Positions 29,781-39,942 of a stretch of DNA of 64,000 bases are shown here, one piece after another (position 1 is the stretch's first letter; every line of letters starts with the position of its first letter). Both the position numbers and the translations under genes were made by a program. The DNA comes from Acidobacteriaceae bacterium (GTDB lineage Bacteria; Acidobacteriota; Terriglobia; Terriglobales; Acidobacteriaceae). Under the pieces are notes generated by a model that saw only the letters and a list, made by a program, of their open reading frames with translations, was not told the origin of the DNA and did not search any database. The stretch covers positions 13,517-77,516 of the forward strand of contig PLZC01000183.1 of NCBI GenBank assembly GCA_003151985.1, given 5' to 3'.

Positions 29781-30014
29781 ATGGTTCGATTCTACATTTG
29801 CCTGGGTGTGCGATGTCAACTGGGTCTTCCGCATTCTCGATGCAGGGCGGCGAAATGCGTTTCGACAGTTTCACCGAGCTGGAAAATGAGCCAACCTATT
29901 GATATTGTTAGAAATGGGTGCTTTCGCCGAGCATCTACCGGTTGATACCAGCGAACCCACACACACGGCACGGGCCTGACACAGCCTCAGCGTAAACCTC
30001 TTGCTCACCGCCAG

Positions 30015-31370
30015 CTACTGGGCTACCAGGATCGTAACCGACTTGGCAGGCAGTTTAATTCCTTGCCATTGAACCTCTGGCCATTTACGGCGGCCAAGTT
30101 CCTTGTAGCCCGCTGCCGAAATCTGATACTCATTAATCCCCTTCGGCTTCCACGACGAGAACTCCAAATTCACAGTAAGTGGCGAATCGCCCAGATTCGA
30201 CAACATAACAGAATGAGCAGAAACAGATTGCACAGCGTACGCACGAATCGCAGCAGGGTCCGAGGACGTTGCCGCTACTTCGTCTCCATAGAAATACCGG
30301 TTCATCAAGGTGAAGATATTCGCGGAAGGATAGAGGTTGCCATCCTTGTCCACAATGGACATGTTGTGAGAAGGCGAGAAGTCCCACACCGCCGAGACAT
30401 TGCCTCCGGCTTCAATTACTCCGCTCTGAATAATGGAAAAATAAACTGCCCCCGCGTTGTCGGCGATCTTTGGAGTAGAATCCCACCCGATGTTGTACTC
30501 ATCGACAAAAATCGGAATGTGCTTGCCCTGCGTGATCGATGTAAGACGGTCGCGTAGCGCGTGTACCTGTCTCACAGCCTCGATCGCACTACTGTAACTT
30601 GCCGCATCCGATTGCTTGCCGTCGCCGCCATAAGTATGCACCGTAACAAAATCGATCTGCGGCAAACTCTGTTTGACAACCTCGCCGATGTAATCCGAGT
30701 CGATGGATTCCATCGCCGGACCGCCGACAAGAATCGTCGAATCCACTGCCTTCATCGCCGCCGACGCTCGCGAGAACATCGCAGCCATCTGGCTTGCCGT
30801 CAGCACATGTTCCCGCTCGTTGGGAATCTCCCAGTATTTGACGCCAAGATGGTAATCGACGTTGACGATCTTCACCAGCGAAGCAGCCAAGTTCGCCATC
30901 GCACCCGGCTCGAGAGGGTCTTGTTCCCCGCCTGGTCCGGAGAGAATATTGATCATCAGCTTGTATTTCGCCTGCACCAGCGGCGTTAGTGCGTCTTTGA
31001 TCTTTGGCCCATTCCACGTGCCGTCCGCGTTCAGCCAGGTCTCCCCAAAACCTTGCGTGACCATTCCCCAGCCGCTAAGCCTGATCAGCGGTTTTCCGCC
31101 TTCGGTCACAGTGGCCAGCGCTTTTAGCAGTTCCGGTTTTTTGCTACATGCAGGGTCAAGGCAATCCGGACAATTTACAGCGTATGCCAGCGGGTCAACC
31201 GGTCTCACAACCTTTCCCCAGTCGACGCGCACCTTGAGATTTTCATCCTTTGCGCTGCTCTTCTCTTCGCTCCCCGGCGCCTGTGCCATCGCTGCAAAAG
31301 ATGCCAGAAGGAGAGTCAATGAACCAATCTTCTTCCACAATTTATATCTCCTCAACCGTCTGACATTCAT
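30015..31370 (-). CDS. Secreted clan GH-A glycoside hydrolase (GH39/GH51-like)
   Basis: Signal peptide; VKYWEIPNE acid/base, ILVGGPA, DFVTVHTY, IFVDEYN nucleophile; C-terminal LPAKSVTIL beta-sandwich. Confidence 0.75.
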   Translation of the reverse strand: MNVRRLRRYKLWKKIGSLTLLLASFAAMAQAPGSEEKSSAKDENLKVRVDWGKVVRPVDPLAYAVNCPDCLDPACSKKPELLKALATVTEGGKPLIRLSGWGMVTQGFGETWLNADGTWNGPKIKDALTPLVQAKYKLMINILSGPGGEQDPLEPGAMANLAASLVKIVNVDYHLGVKYWEIPNEREHVLTASQMAAMFSRASAAMKAVDSTILVGGPAMESIDSDYIGEVVKQSLPQIDFVTVHTYGGDGKQSDAASYSSAIEAVRQVHALRDRLTSITQGKHIPIFVDEYNIGWDSTPKIADNAGAVYFSIIQSGVIEAGGNVSAVWDFSPSHNMSIVDKDGNLYPSANIFTLMNRYFYGDEVAATSSDPAAIRAYAVQSVSAHSVMLSNLGDSPLTVNLEFSSWKPKGINEYQISAAGYKELGRRKWPEVQWQGIKLPAKSVTILVAQ

Positions 31371-31397
31371 TTGACTCTTTGGGGCGTTGGCGTTTGA

Positions 31398-33926
31398 CTA
31401 ACTAACAGCGGGCCGCATTTCAACTCTTCGGGTGGTGATCCTGAGTTCAGCGGAGACAATGTTTGGATCTTCTGCGCAATAGGCCTCAACAGTTATGGCG
31501 CCAGGAGACTTTGCCGCCTGAACGATAAGTTGTGCAAGCCCATTGAACAGGCTGCGTTTTGGCTCTTTGTCTGACTCTTGGCAGTTCGGATATCCATTAC
31601 CGACGCCAAGCAGTTCACCTTCACCAGTTATCCTGAAACTGATTGCGTTATCTGCGGTAGGCACGTGGCGACCCGCACTATCGAGCGCCTCCACCCGAAG
31701 TACGGCGACGTCCTCGCCATTCGCATCAATCTCTTTGCGGTCGGCTGTGAGCTTGATAGACGTGGGCTCTCCGGTGGTCTCTCGCTTTGTGGTCAGAATG
31801 ATCTTTCCATCCTTCTTGCCGCGTGCTTCCAGAACTCCGGGAGTGTATTTGACGTCCCATTCGAGATGAGTAAGCGGCTGCACCTTTTTGCTGCCCTGGC
31901 TTTGCTCATTAAGAAAGAGTTCTACCTCGTCCACGTTCGAGTGAACCCAGACCGAGACGGGCTCGCCAATGCGTTGTTCCCAATTCCAGTGAGGAAAAAG
32001 ATGCAGGACAGGCTCCTGTCCCCACCAGGCCTTGTAGTAGTAGAAGTTGTCCTTCGGAAAGCCGCACGCATCGACAATCCCAAACACCGAACTGATCGAA
32101 GGCCAACCATTAGGAGCGGGCTCGCCGCGATAGTCGAATCCGGTCCACGCAAACGCCCCTGCCAAAAAATCGCGAGCCGAGTAGAACTTCCACCATTCTT
32201 CGGCATTCTGTCCGAACGACGGGTGATTCACGTCGTAGGCGCTCACCCAGTTGCGCAGTTTGTCGGTGGTGTAAATGCCGCGAATTCCCTCGGTGCCGGC
32301 GATCTCCGAGCCGATAAGCGGCTGCAACGGGTGGGCCTGGTGGTACTTGTCAATCTCCGCGAGGTTGTAGTTGAAGCCTTCCACGTCAAGCGACAGTGAA
32401 ACTCCCTTGCCGAAGTTATCGTTGACGGCGGCGGTACACAGGCGAGTTGGATCCAATTCGTGCGAGCGCGCCACCATGGATGCGACGATATGCTCACCCT
32501 GCGGCTTGTCCTGAATAATCCATTCTTCATTACCCATGGACCAGATAATGACGGAGGGAGAGTTGCGGTAACGCTTGATCATGACTTCAAGCTGTGCCAT
32601 GCCTTCAGCGCTGGAATTCATCGAGCGGGTCTCGCACATCATCATCATGCCCATTCGATCGCAGGCCTCAACCCACTCCGGCGTGGGCATGTTATGCGAG
32701 CTGCGCACGGCGTTTGAGCCCATCTCCCACAAGATGGCCAGACGGTACCATTGCAAGCGATCCGGCAACGCCGCACCCACACCGGCGTGGTCCTGGTGGT
32801 TACAGGTCCCTTTGATCTTGACTGATTTTCCGTTGAGAAAGAATCCCTTATTCGCGTCAAAGGCAACAGTGCGCACTCCGAAGCTGACACGTTCGGCGTC
32901 ACGGACCTTACCCGCCGACTCAACAGTAACAATCGCGGAATAGAGATACGGCGTCTCAATCGACCAGAGCTTGGGCGAAGGCAGCTCGAAAGTACCGGTG
33001 AAGGTTGCGGATCTTCCTGGAGCAAGCGGATCGGACTGCGAGGTTACGGCACCCCCTGGAATTGCATTGCCGTCCGCATCCAGAATCCGCCACTTCACAT
33101 TGACAGGTTCTGGCTTCGTGCCCTCATTCATAACAACGGTGCCTAAAGAGAGCTTGGCCACATTCCCTTTCTTGTCGCTGTGCACGTAACTCTCCCACTT
33201 ACCCAGGTGCAGCGCGTCAGTCTTGGTAAGCCAGACATGGCGATAGATGCCCGCGCCCTCGTAGTACCATCCATCCCCATAAGTGGCGTCGACGCGCACA
33301 ACGATGACGTTCTTCCCGGGGTAATTAAGGTAGTCAGTAAGGTCGAATCCAAACGGCGTATAACCGTTGTCGTTGCGTCCAACGTAGCAGCCATTGACGA
33401 AAACAAGTGCGCTTCGGAATGCGCCGTCAAAGTCAACGCAAATTCGACGCCCTGCGTCCGATGCGGGAATATCGAAGCTCCTGCGGTACCAGCCGACGGA
33501 AGTCTCCGGATACTTGCGGCCAAGCGGCTTGTAACCTTGAAGCTCAAGAGCTTGATCGTTGACGAAAGGCAGTTCGATAGCCCAGTCATGCGGAAGATTG
33601 AGGGAGCGCCACTTGGAGTCGTCAAAGTTGCCGGTGGCAAATTCAAAACCACCCGTCTTTGCAAATCCGCCCTCGTAGCTGCCATGATCTTTACCGAAGT
33701 CAAGGTCGCGCTTGGGGTCCGCATCGCTTCCCATAAAGAACTTCCAGCCAAAGTCGAAGAGAAGCTGCTCGCGCGGAGCAATTGCAGCAAGCGCCTCCGC
33801 CGAGGCAACCTCCGGATAGTTGGACAGTAGCGTGCGGGCACGGGCAATTGCTGAGTCAAAAACAAGTGCTCCGGCTGATACAACTGCTGCGGCGCGGATA
33901 AGTTCGCGACGAGTGACTTCAGACAT
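31398..33926 (-). CDS. GH2 beta-galactosidase-like enzyme (GalA/DUF4982 type), Tat-exported
   Basis: TRRELI Tat motif; LPHDW, GAGIYRHVWL, KGTCNHQDH, WSMGNEE, WTGFDYRGEP. Confidence 0.92.
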   Translation of the reverse strand: MSEVTRRELIRAAAVVSAGALVFDSAIARARTLLSNYPEVASAEALAAIAPREQLLFDFGWKFFMGSDADPKRDLDFGKDHGSYEGGFAKTGGFEFATGNFDDSKWRSLNLPHDWAIELPFVNDQALELQGYKPLGRKYPETSVGWYRRSFDIPASDAGRRICVDFDGAFRSALVFVNGCYVGRNDNGYTPFGFDLTDYLNYPGKNVIVVRVDATYGDGWYYEGAGIYRHVWLTKTDALHLGKWESYVHSDKKGNVAKLSLGTVVMNEGTKPEPVNVKWRILDADGNAIPGGAVTSQSDPLAPGRSATFTGTFELPSPKLWSIETPYLYSAIVTVESAGKVRDAERVSFGVRTVAFDANKGFFLNGKSVKIKGTCNHQDHAGVGAALPDRLQWYRLAILWEMGSNAVRSSHNMPTPEWVEACDRMGMMMMCETRSMNSSAEGMAQLEVMIKRYRNSPSVIIWSMGNEEWIIQDKPQGEHIVASMVARSHELDPTRLCTAAVNDNFGKGVSLSLDVEGFNYNLAEIDKYHQAHPLQPLIGSEIAGTEGIRGIYTTDKLRNWVSAYDVNHPSFGQNAEEWWKFYSARDFLAGAFAWTGFDYRGEPAPNGWPSISSVFGIVDACGFPKDNFYYYKAWWGQEPVLHLFPHWNWEQRIGEPVSVWVHSNVDEVELFLNEQSQGSKKVQPLTHLEWDVKYTPGVLEARGKKDGKIILTTKRETTGEPTSIKLTADRKEIDANGEDVAVLRVEALDSAGRHVPTADNAISFRITGEGELLGVGNGYPNCQESDKEPKRSLFNGLAQLIVQAAKSPGAITVEAYCAEDPNIVSAELRITTRRVEMRPAVS

Positions 33927-34010
33927 ACGTACTCCTCGGAAGTGGCGCGAGTAGATTCGCGCGGCTATCTAGAACATTGCGGGTGCGGCTGCAGGCTTAA
34001 CTACTCTGAT

Positions 34011-34040
34011 TTGACACCTGCACTATAGCCGTAATAGATT
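34011..34040 (+). promoter_or_regulatory. Candidate sigma70 promoter for trehalase-like gene
   Basis: TTGACA at 34011-34016 and TAGATT at 34035-34040 (18-bp spacer). Confidence 0.4.
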
Positions 34041-34087
34041 CCAGTCACCATATAACAGGACACGAAGATACCACATCGGAGGAACAT

Positions 34088-35455
34088 GTGAATCGTCGTT
34101 CGTTTATTGCGCAGGCCGCTGCTACTTCAGTAGCTATGGTTACTGGCCTCAACCAGCGCGCATCTTCGGCGCTCGCGAGTTCTGAAGCTGCCTCCCCGGA
34201 TGAAGGGGACCTGAAAGCTCGCTGGCAAAAACTCGACAACGAAATTCGAAAATGGTGGGATGGCGATCTGGCCCGGGCCGACGAGGAGGCAATCATCGCA
34301 GATGCCGAACCGCCCAAGCCTGGCGACAAATGGAAATACAGCACTCCGAAGTCATTGCTCTTTTTGCCGTTCTCATACACCACGGGCGGAGGTTCGGTTG
34401 CCTCATTTCCAGAGATATACGGTTGGGACACAGCGTTCAGTAACCTGGCACTGCTTGAACATGACCGCGCGGACATTGTCCGCTGGAACATTCTCGACCA
34501 GCTATCCATGATTCAGCGTTTTGGCAAGGTGCTGAATGGAAACCGTACCTTTTACAAGACGCGAGGCCAGACTCCTTTGCTTGGCTGGAGCGTCGAGAAT
34601 TATTTGAAAATAAGAAAGGACGACGACGAAATAGCGATGACGGCCTACCCGCTGCTTGAGCGTGAGTATGTCGAGTATTGGAATGGCCCCGCGCACTTAA
34701 CGCCCGTGGGACTTTCTACCTGCCGCGACGGCGGTAAGGATACGGATGACACCTCCCTCGAGTTGGCCTCGGAGGCCGAAGCGCTCGATTACACCCCGAT
34801 CTTTGGCGGCGAGATTCGAAATTGCGTGCCGATTCTTACCAATACAGCTTTGGTTCGCCAGGCAAACACATTGAACGCTCTTGCTGAACGGTTTGGCTGG
34901 AAGGAAAAGGCTGCCCGTTGGAAAAAGGAAGCCGACGATCGTGCGGAACGCATCAATAAATATTGTTGGGGCGAGGCCGAAGGATTCTACTTCGAGTATG
35001 ACTACGTCAAGAAGACACGCCTGCCTTACTACTCGCTGGACGGTTTCTGGCCGCTGTGGGCTGGGATTGCTTCCAAGTCACAAGCCAAGCGCGTGGTCGA
35101 TCATCTGCCCCTCTTCGACCGTCCTTACGGCCTGACCTTCACCGACAAGGATTATCCCGGCATCCACCCGCAATTCAAAGCTCTCGAATGGGCCTATCCC
35201 GAGGCTTGGCCGCCGATTCAGATCATCGTCGGACAGGCGCTGGCGCGGTACGGTTATGAAGATTTGGAACGGAGTATCAGCCGAAAGTATATTGCCAACG
35301 TCGTTACAACCTGGGAAAAGACCGGACAGATTTGGGAACGCTACAACGGCGTCACCGGAGGCCACGATGTCCCCGTCGAACGCGATCCACCGCAACCGTT
35401 GCACGGCTTTTCATCTGCCTCGGCCGTCGTGGTCGGGCGGATGGCATTCAACTAG
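34088..35455 (+). CDS. Trehalase-family (GH37-like) glycosidase, Tat-exported
   Basis: MNRRSFI Tat motif; FPEIYGWD, VLNGNRTFY, FWPLWAG, WAYPEAWPP, IWERYN. Confidence 0.8.
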   Translation: MNRRSFIAQAAATSVAMVTGLNQRASSALASSEAASPDEGDLKARWQKLDNEIRKWWDGDLARADEEAIIADAEPPKPGDKWKYSTPKSLLFLPFSYTTGGGSVASFPEIYGWDTAFSNLALLEHDRADIVRWNILDQLSMIQRFGKVLNGNRTFYKTRGQTPLLGWSVENYLKIRKDDDEIAMTAYPLLEREYVEYWNGPAHLTPVGLSTCRDGGKDTDDTSLELASEAEALDYTPIFGGEIRNCVPILTNTALVRQANTLNALAERFGWKEKAARWKKEADDRAERINKYCWGEAEGFYFEYDYVKKTRLPYYSLDGFWPLWAGIASKSQAKRVVDHLPLFDRPYGLTFTDKDYPGIHPQFKALEWAYPEAWPPIQIIVGQALARYGYEDLERSISRKYIANVVTTWEKTGQIWERYNGVTGGHDVPVERDPPQPLHGFSSASAVVVGRMAFN

Positions 35456-35477
35456 GCTGGTTTAACGCTCAGGAGAT

Positions 35478-35534
35478 TCTATCGCAATCAAATCGCGATT
35501 GCGATAGACAAAAGGTATTTCTATCGAATATTAT
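35478..35534 (+). promoter_or_regulatory. Palindromic operator/terminator candidate overlapping putative lutABC-rha promoter
   Basis: Perfect 12-bp inverted repeat TCTATCGCAATC-N7-GATTGCGATAGA (35478-35508) overlapping TAGACA (35505-35510); TATTAT at 35529-35534. Confidence 0.5.
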
Positions 35535-35573
35535 GATCGTTCCATACAGTCGATCTTCTATTCGGTGTCATGC

Positions 35574-36326
35574 ATGCGCGCATCGCTCTTTATCACCTGC
35601 TATAACGACACACTTTATCCTGAAACTGGCCGGGCTGTCGTGCGTCTTCTTGAGCGGTTGGGCGTGGACCTCGATTTCCATCCCAAACAGACCTGCTGCG
35701 GTCAGATGCACGCCAACACCGGCTTCCGCGGCGAGGCCTTCTCCCAGGCCAAGCGCCTGGTTCGTCTTTATCAAGATGTCGAAGCCGTAGTGATTCCTTC
35801 CTCATCCTGCGTCGCGATGATGCGGGACCAGTATCCAGTGCTTTTCCAGGAATTGGGCAATGAAGCTCTCCGCACCGAGTTTGCCGCTCTGTTGCCCCGC
35901 GTTTACGAACTGAGCGAATTTCTCATAGACAAGCTCGGTGTGGACGATGTCGGCGCCTACTTTCCGCATCGCGTCACTTATCACGCAAGTTGTCACGGCC
36001 TGCGCGGACTGCACCTGGGCGACCGCCCTTACCGCCTGCTGGCTAAAGTGCGCGGCCTCAATCACAGCCCGCTTCCCAACCTCGACCGCTGTTGCGGCTT
36101 CGGCGGCACCTTTTCCGTTAAGAATGCCGAAGTCTCTTCGGCCATGCTGGCCGTCAAGCTTCAGGACGTTGTCTCGACCGGCGCCGAGTATTGCACGGCT
36201 CTGGACAACAGTTGCCTCATGCATTTGGGCGGGGCCATGCATCGTCAGTACGCGAGCATGAAAACCATCCACATGGCGCAGATTCTGGCCGCCACGGAAA
36301 CCTCTCCCGCGGAGGCAACTCTGTGA
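35574..36326 (+). CDS. lutA: L-lactate utilization Fe-S protein (CCG domains)
   Basis: LFITC, QTCCGQ, YHASCH, CCGFGGTF, SCLMH. Confidence 0.93.
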   Translation: MRASLFITCYNDTLYPETGRAVVRLLERLGVDLDFHPKQTCCGQMHANTGFRGEAFSQAKRLVRLYQDVEAVVIPSSSCVAMMRDQYPVLFQELGNEALRTEFAALLPRVYELSEFLIDKLGVDDVGAYFPHRVTYHASCHGLRGLHLGDRPYRLLAKVRGLNHSPLPNLDRCCGFGGTFSVKNAEVSSAMLAVKLQDVVSTGAEYCTALDNSCLMHLGGAMHRQYASMKTIHMAQILAATETSPAEATL

Positions 36327-37783
36327 GCCACGCCGCCGTAGATCACCCCATTCTCGATCCCCTTCTCGCGCCGCCTTTCCCCAAGGCCGTTCTGCCCGTT
36401 CTGCGCAACCCGCAACTGCGCAAGAATGTGGCCCATGCCATTGACGTCATCCAGACCAAGCGCGCAAGGCTTGTAACTGAAAAGTCCGACTGGCAGCAGC
36501 TTCGTACAGCAGCCTCAGCCGTCCGCGCCCATGTCCTGGAAAACCTCGCCGCTTACCTTGAGCAGTTCGAAGCCCGCTGCACCGCGGCTGGCGGCACGGT
36601 CCACTGGGCCGCCAACGCCGATGAAGCTCGCCGCATCATCCTCGACATCCTCCGCCAAGAGAACGCCTCTGAAGTCATCAAAATCAAGACCATGACCTCG
36701 GCCGAGATTCAATTGAATCCGTATCTTGAGTCCGGCGGCGTGAGTGTATTCGAAACCGACCTGGCCGAGATCATCCTTCAACTCGGCGAGGAAGAGCCCT
36801 CGCATATCGTCGTTCCCGCGCTGCACATCAATCGCAGCCAGGTACGCGAAATCTTTGCCCGCCGCATGGGCCTCCACGACCTCTCGGACGACCCGCACGC
36901 GCTCACCGCCGCCGCGCGCACCTATCTCCGCCAAAAGTTCCTCAAGATTCCCACCGCCATCAGCGGCGCTAACTTCCTCATCGCTGAAACCGGGGGCGTT
37001 GCCATCGTCGAGTCCGAAGGTAACGGCCGCATGTGCCTCACCTTGCCGCAAACCATGATCACTTTGGCCGGCATCGAGAAGGTCCTGCCTCGCTTCCAGG
37101 ATCTCGAAGTCATGCTACAGGTCCTCGCCCGCTCCGCCACAGGTGAGCGCATGAACCCGTACACCTCGCTATGGACCGGCGTTACTCCCGGCGATGGCCC
37201 GCAACGTTTCCACGTGGTCCTGCTCGATAACGGCCGCTCCGCAATCCTTGCCAAAGCCAAGGAACGCCAGACACTCAAGTGCATCCGTTGCGCAGCCTGC
37301 ATGAATGCCTGTCCGGTGTATCGCCAGACCGGCGGCCATGCCTATGGTTCGGTTTATCCCGGTCCCATCGGCGCCATTCTCACTCCCCAACTCATGCAGA
37401 TGCAGCACGCGCAATCGTTGCCTTACGCCTCCTCCCTCTGCGGCGCTTGCTTTGAAGTCTGTCCGGTCAAGATCAACATCCCTGAAGTTCTGCTCGAACT
37501 CCGCTCCCAGGTGGTCAACCAGGAACGCCGCCACCTTGGCCGCTTCTTCGATCCCATGTATCTTGGCCTGCGTGTTGCCAACCTCCTCTTCTCAAATGCT
37601 TGGCTCTTCCACGTGGCGCAGAGCCTGGGCCGCATGGGCGCAAGCTTCTTCACCCGCAAAGACGGATGGATCCACTCCCTGCCCTCGGTCGGCGGCAAAT
37701 GGACGCAGACCCGCGACCTCCGCGGCCTTCCCGGGCAGACCTTCCACGAATGGTGGGCCGCACGCGCGAAGGAGGCAAAATGA
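36323..37783 (+). CDS. lutB: L-lactate utilization protein B (LUD plus 4Fe-4S)
   Basis: ETDLAE, PSHIVVPALH, ESEGNGR, CIRCAACMNACP, LCGACFEVCPVKI; GTGA overlap with lutA. Confidence 0.94.
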   Translation: MSHAAVDHPILDPLLAPPFPKAVLPVLRNPQLRKNVAHAIDVIQTKRARLVTEKSDWQQLRTAASAVRAHVLENLAAYLEQFEARCTAAGGTVHWAANADEARRIILDILRQENASEVIKIKTMTSAEIQLNPYLESGGVSVFETDLAEIILQLGEEEPSHIVVPALHINRSQVREIFARRMGLHDLSDDPHALTAAARTYLRQKFLKIPTAISGANFLIAETGGVAIVESEGNGRMCLTLPQTMITLAGIEKVLPRFQDLEVMLQVLARSATGERMNPYTSLWTGVTPGDGPQRFHVVLLDNGRSAILAKAKERQTLKCIRCAACMNACPVYRQTGGHAYGSVYPGPIGAILTPQLMQMQHAQSLPYASSLCGACFEVCPVKINIPEVLLELRSQVVNQERRHLGRFFDPMYLGLRVANLLFSNAWLFHVAQSLGRMGASFFTRKDGWIHSLPSVGGKWTQTRDLRGLPGQTFHEWWAARAKEAK

Positions 37784-38436
37784 CCGCTTCCGTTGATTCC
37801 CGCGAACGCATTCTGGACCGCATCCGCTCGGCAACCCAATCGGTAGCTCTTGAGCCGGCGCAACTCGCCTCAGCCTACGCGGCTCTGCCCCGCACTTATA
37901 TTCATAGCGGCGCCTTATCCGCCGCGGCCCGCGTCGAGTTACTCGTCGAACGCCTCCGCGAATACGACGCCGAGGTGGTCGAATGCACTCCTGAGCAGTT
38001 GCCCGCATCGATTGCCGCGCAACTGGCAGCCAGTGGCAAGCGAACCTTTGTCGTTCCCCCCGAGTTGCCGCCGGCGTGGCATGTCCCGGGCTTCAACTTT
38101 ATGATCGATCGCGGCCTCGCTCACAGCGAAATCGAGCAAGCCGAGGGAGTAGTCACTGCGGCCTTCTGCGCGGTAGCCGACTCTGGAACCATTGTGCTCC
38201 ACCACTCCTCCGCCGAGGGCCGCCGCGTAATCACCCTCCTCCCCGACTGGCACTTGTGTATTCTGTACGCCAGCCAGGTAGTAGAAACATTTCCCGAATA
38301 CTTTCACCGATCGCCCCAGCCTCCCGAGCTGGTCACATGGATCTCCGGGCCCAGCGCTACCGCCGACATTGAAATGACTCGCATCAAGGGCGTGCATGGA
38401 CCTCGCTTCCTGCACGTGATCCTGGTGCACGATTGA
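37780..38436 (+). CDS. lutC: L-lactate utilization protein C (LUD domain)
   Basis: AVADSGTI, GRRVITLLP, ISGPSATADIEMTRIKGVHGP; ATGA overlap with lutB. Confidence 0.92.
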   Translation: MTASVDSRERILDRIRSATQSVALEPAQLASAYAALPRTYIHSGALSAAARVELLVERLREYDAEVVECTPEQLPASIAAQLAASGKRTFVVPPELPPAWHVPGFNFMIDRGLAHSEIEQAEGVVTAAFCAVADSGTIVLHHSSAEGRRVITLLPDWHLCILYASQVVETFPEYFHRSPQPPELVTWISGPSATADIEMTRIKGVHGPRFLHVILVHD

Positions 38437-38485
38437 ATCAGTTTTGAGGCCGGCTTTAACCGGCACATCGAAGGATAATCACACG

Positions 38486-39679
38486 ATGGCACATTCAGAA
38501 TCAGCAACTTTTGACCTCGCAGCGCAAGCGCTGGATTCATTCCAGATTGAGATTCCCTCCTGGGGATTCGCCAACACCGGCACCCGCTTTGGAAAGTTTG
38601 TCCAGGCTGCCGCCGCTTCCACCATCGAGGAGAAATTCGCTGACGCTGCGGAGGTCAACCGGCTCACTGGTGTAACTCCCACGCTGGCTCTTCACGTACT
38701 TTGGGATTTGCCCAACGGTCTCGATGACGTACCGGAGATAGCGAAGCTCGAATCGCAATTCGGCATGCGCACCGGTTCCATCAACCCCAACCTTTTTCAG
38801 GATCAGGAATACAAATTCGGCTCGCTTTGCAATCCCTCGGCGGCGATCCGTGAGCAAGCCGTCAACCATGTCCTGGACTGCATCGAGATCGGCAAGCGCC
38901 TCAATTCTCGCGACGTATCTTTGTGGCTTCCCGACGGCTCGAATTATCCCGGCACCCAGAGCATCCGCAGCCGCATTGGCTGGCTTGAGGAGGCTCTTCG
39001 CTCCTGCCACGATCACCTGTCCTCGGAGCAGCGCCTGTTGATCGAATACAAGCCTTTCGAACCGGCCTTTTATCACACCGACATCGCCGACTGGGGCATG
39101 TCCTCCCATCTGTCCACCTTTGCCGGTCCGCAGGCTCGCGTCCTTGTCGATACCGGCCACCACTACTCCTCGCAGAACATTGAGCAAATTGTCGCCTGGC
39201 TGCTGCACACAGGCCTGCTTGGCGGATTTCACTTCAACGACCGCCGCTACGCCGACGACGACCTCACCCTCGGCTCCATCGATCCGTATCAAATTTTCCG
39301 CATCTTCCATGAGATTCACACCGCCAACGCCGAGGGAATTGCCCAAAATGTTGCCTTTATGATCGACCAGAGCCACAACCTCAAAGGCAAGATTGAAGCC
39401 ACCGTCCAGACCGTTGTCACCGCCCAGGAACTCTGGCTCAAAGCTGCCCTCGTCGATCGGGATCAGTTGGCCGCCTATCAGAAGTCCTGCGATCTTGTAG
39501 CCGCCGAAGAGCTCTTCCGTGGCGCTTTCTGGACCGATGTCCGTCCCCTGGCAGCAGCCTGGCGGCAGGCGCGTGGTCTTGCCGCAGACCCGCTCAAGGC
39601 TCTGCAAGATGGAGGTTACGTCGAGTTGATTGCACGCGAACGGGGAAGCCGCCATTCCTCCGTGAGCAGCTATGCTTGA
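38486..39679 (+). CDS. rhaI: L-rhamnose isomerase (RhaI type)
   Basis: IEIPSWGFANTGTRF, INPNLFQ, DGSNYPG, EYKPFEP, VDTGHH, FHFNDRRYADDD, MIDQSHN. Confidence 0.9.
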   Translation: MAHSESATFDLAAQALDSFQIEIPSWGFANTGTRFGKFVQAAAASTIEEKFADAAEVNRLTGVTPTLALHVLWDLPNGLDDVPEIAKLESQFGMRTGSINPNLFQDQEYKFGSLCNPSAAIREQAVNHVLDCIEIGKRLNSRDVSLWLPDGSNYPGTQSIRSRIGWLEEALRSCHDHLSSEQRLLIEYKPFEPAFYHTDIADWGMSSHLSTFAGPQARVLVDTGHHYSSQNIEQIVAWLLHTGLLGGFHFNDRRYADDDLTLGSIDPYQIFRIFHEIHTANAEGIAQNVAFMIDQSHNLKGKIEATVQTVVTAQELWLKAALVDRDQLAAYQKSCDLVAAEELFRGAFWTDVRPLAAAWRQARGLAADPLKALQDGGYVELIARERGSRHSSVSSYA

Positions 39680-39729
39680 AATGGGATAATACTGGTTGCA
39701 AGAATCAGGCTTTCAAATGGCGGGGCGTT

Positions 39730-39881
39730 ACAGGCTGCGGAAAAGGGGCTGATTTCCCAGCATATTGGTCCAACGGTCATTTGCAGGGGCTAAAGCCCAA
39801 TTGATTCTATGGGCTTTATCGGCACGACTAAAGTCGTGCCCTGTTACAAAGCCCCAGAGTTGGAGTTTTTCCGCAGCTTGT
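39730..39881. mobile_element. 152-bp MITE-like element carrying REP palindromes (copy B)
   Basis: 15-bp TIRs ACAGGCTGCGGAAAA / TTTTCCGCAGCTTGT (1 mismatch); TT on both flanks; internal GGGCTAAAGCCC and GGCACGACT-AA-AGTCGTGCC; no coding capacity. Confidence 0.75.
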
Positions 39882-39942
39882 TTAGCCGCGGTAACGGGAA
39901 GCAAGCGCTCACCCTAGATGAAACCCCACAGGAGGTAACGGG

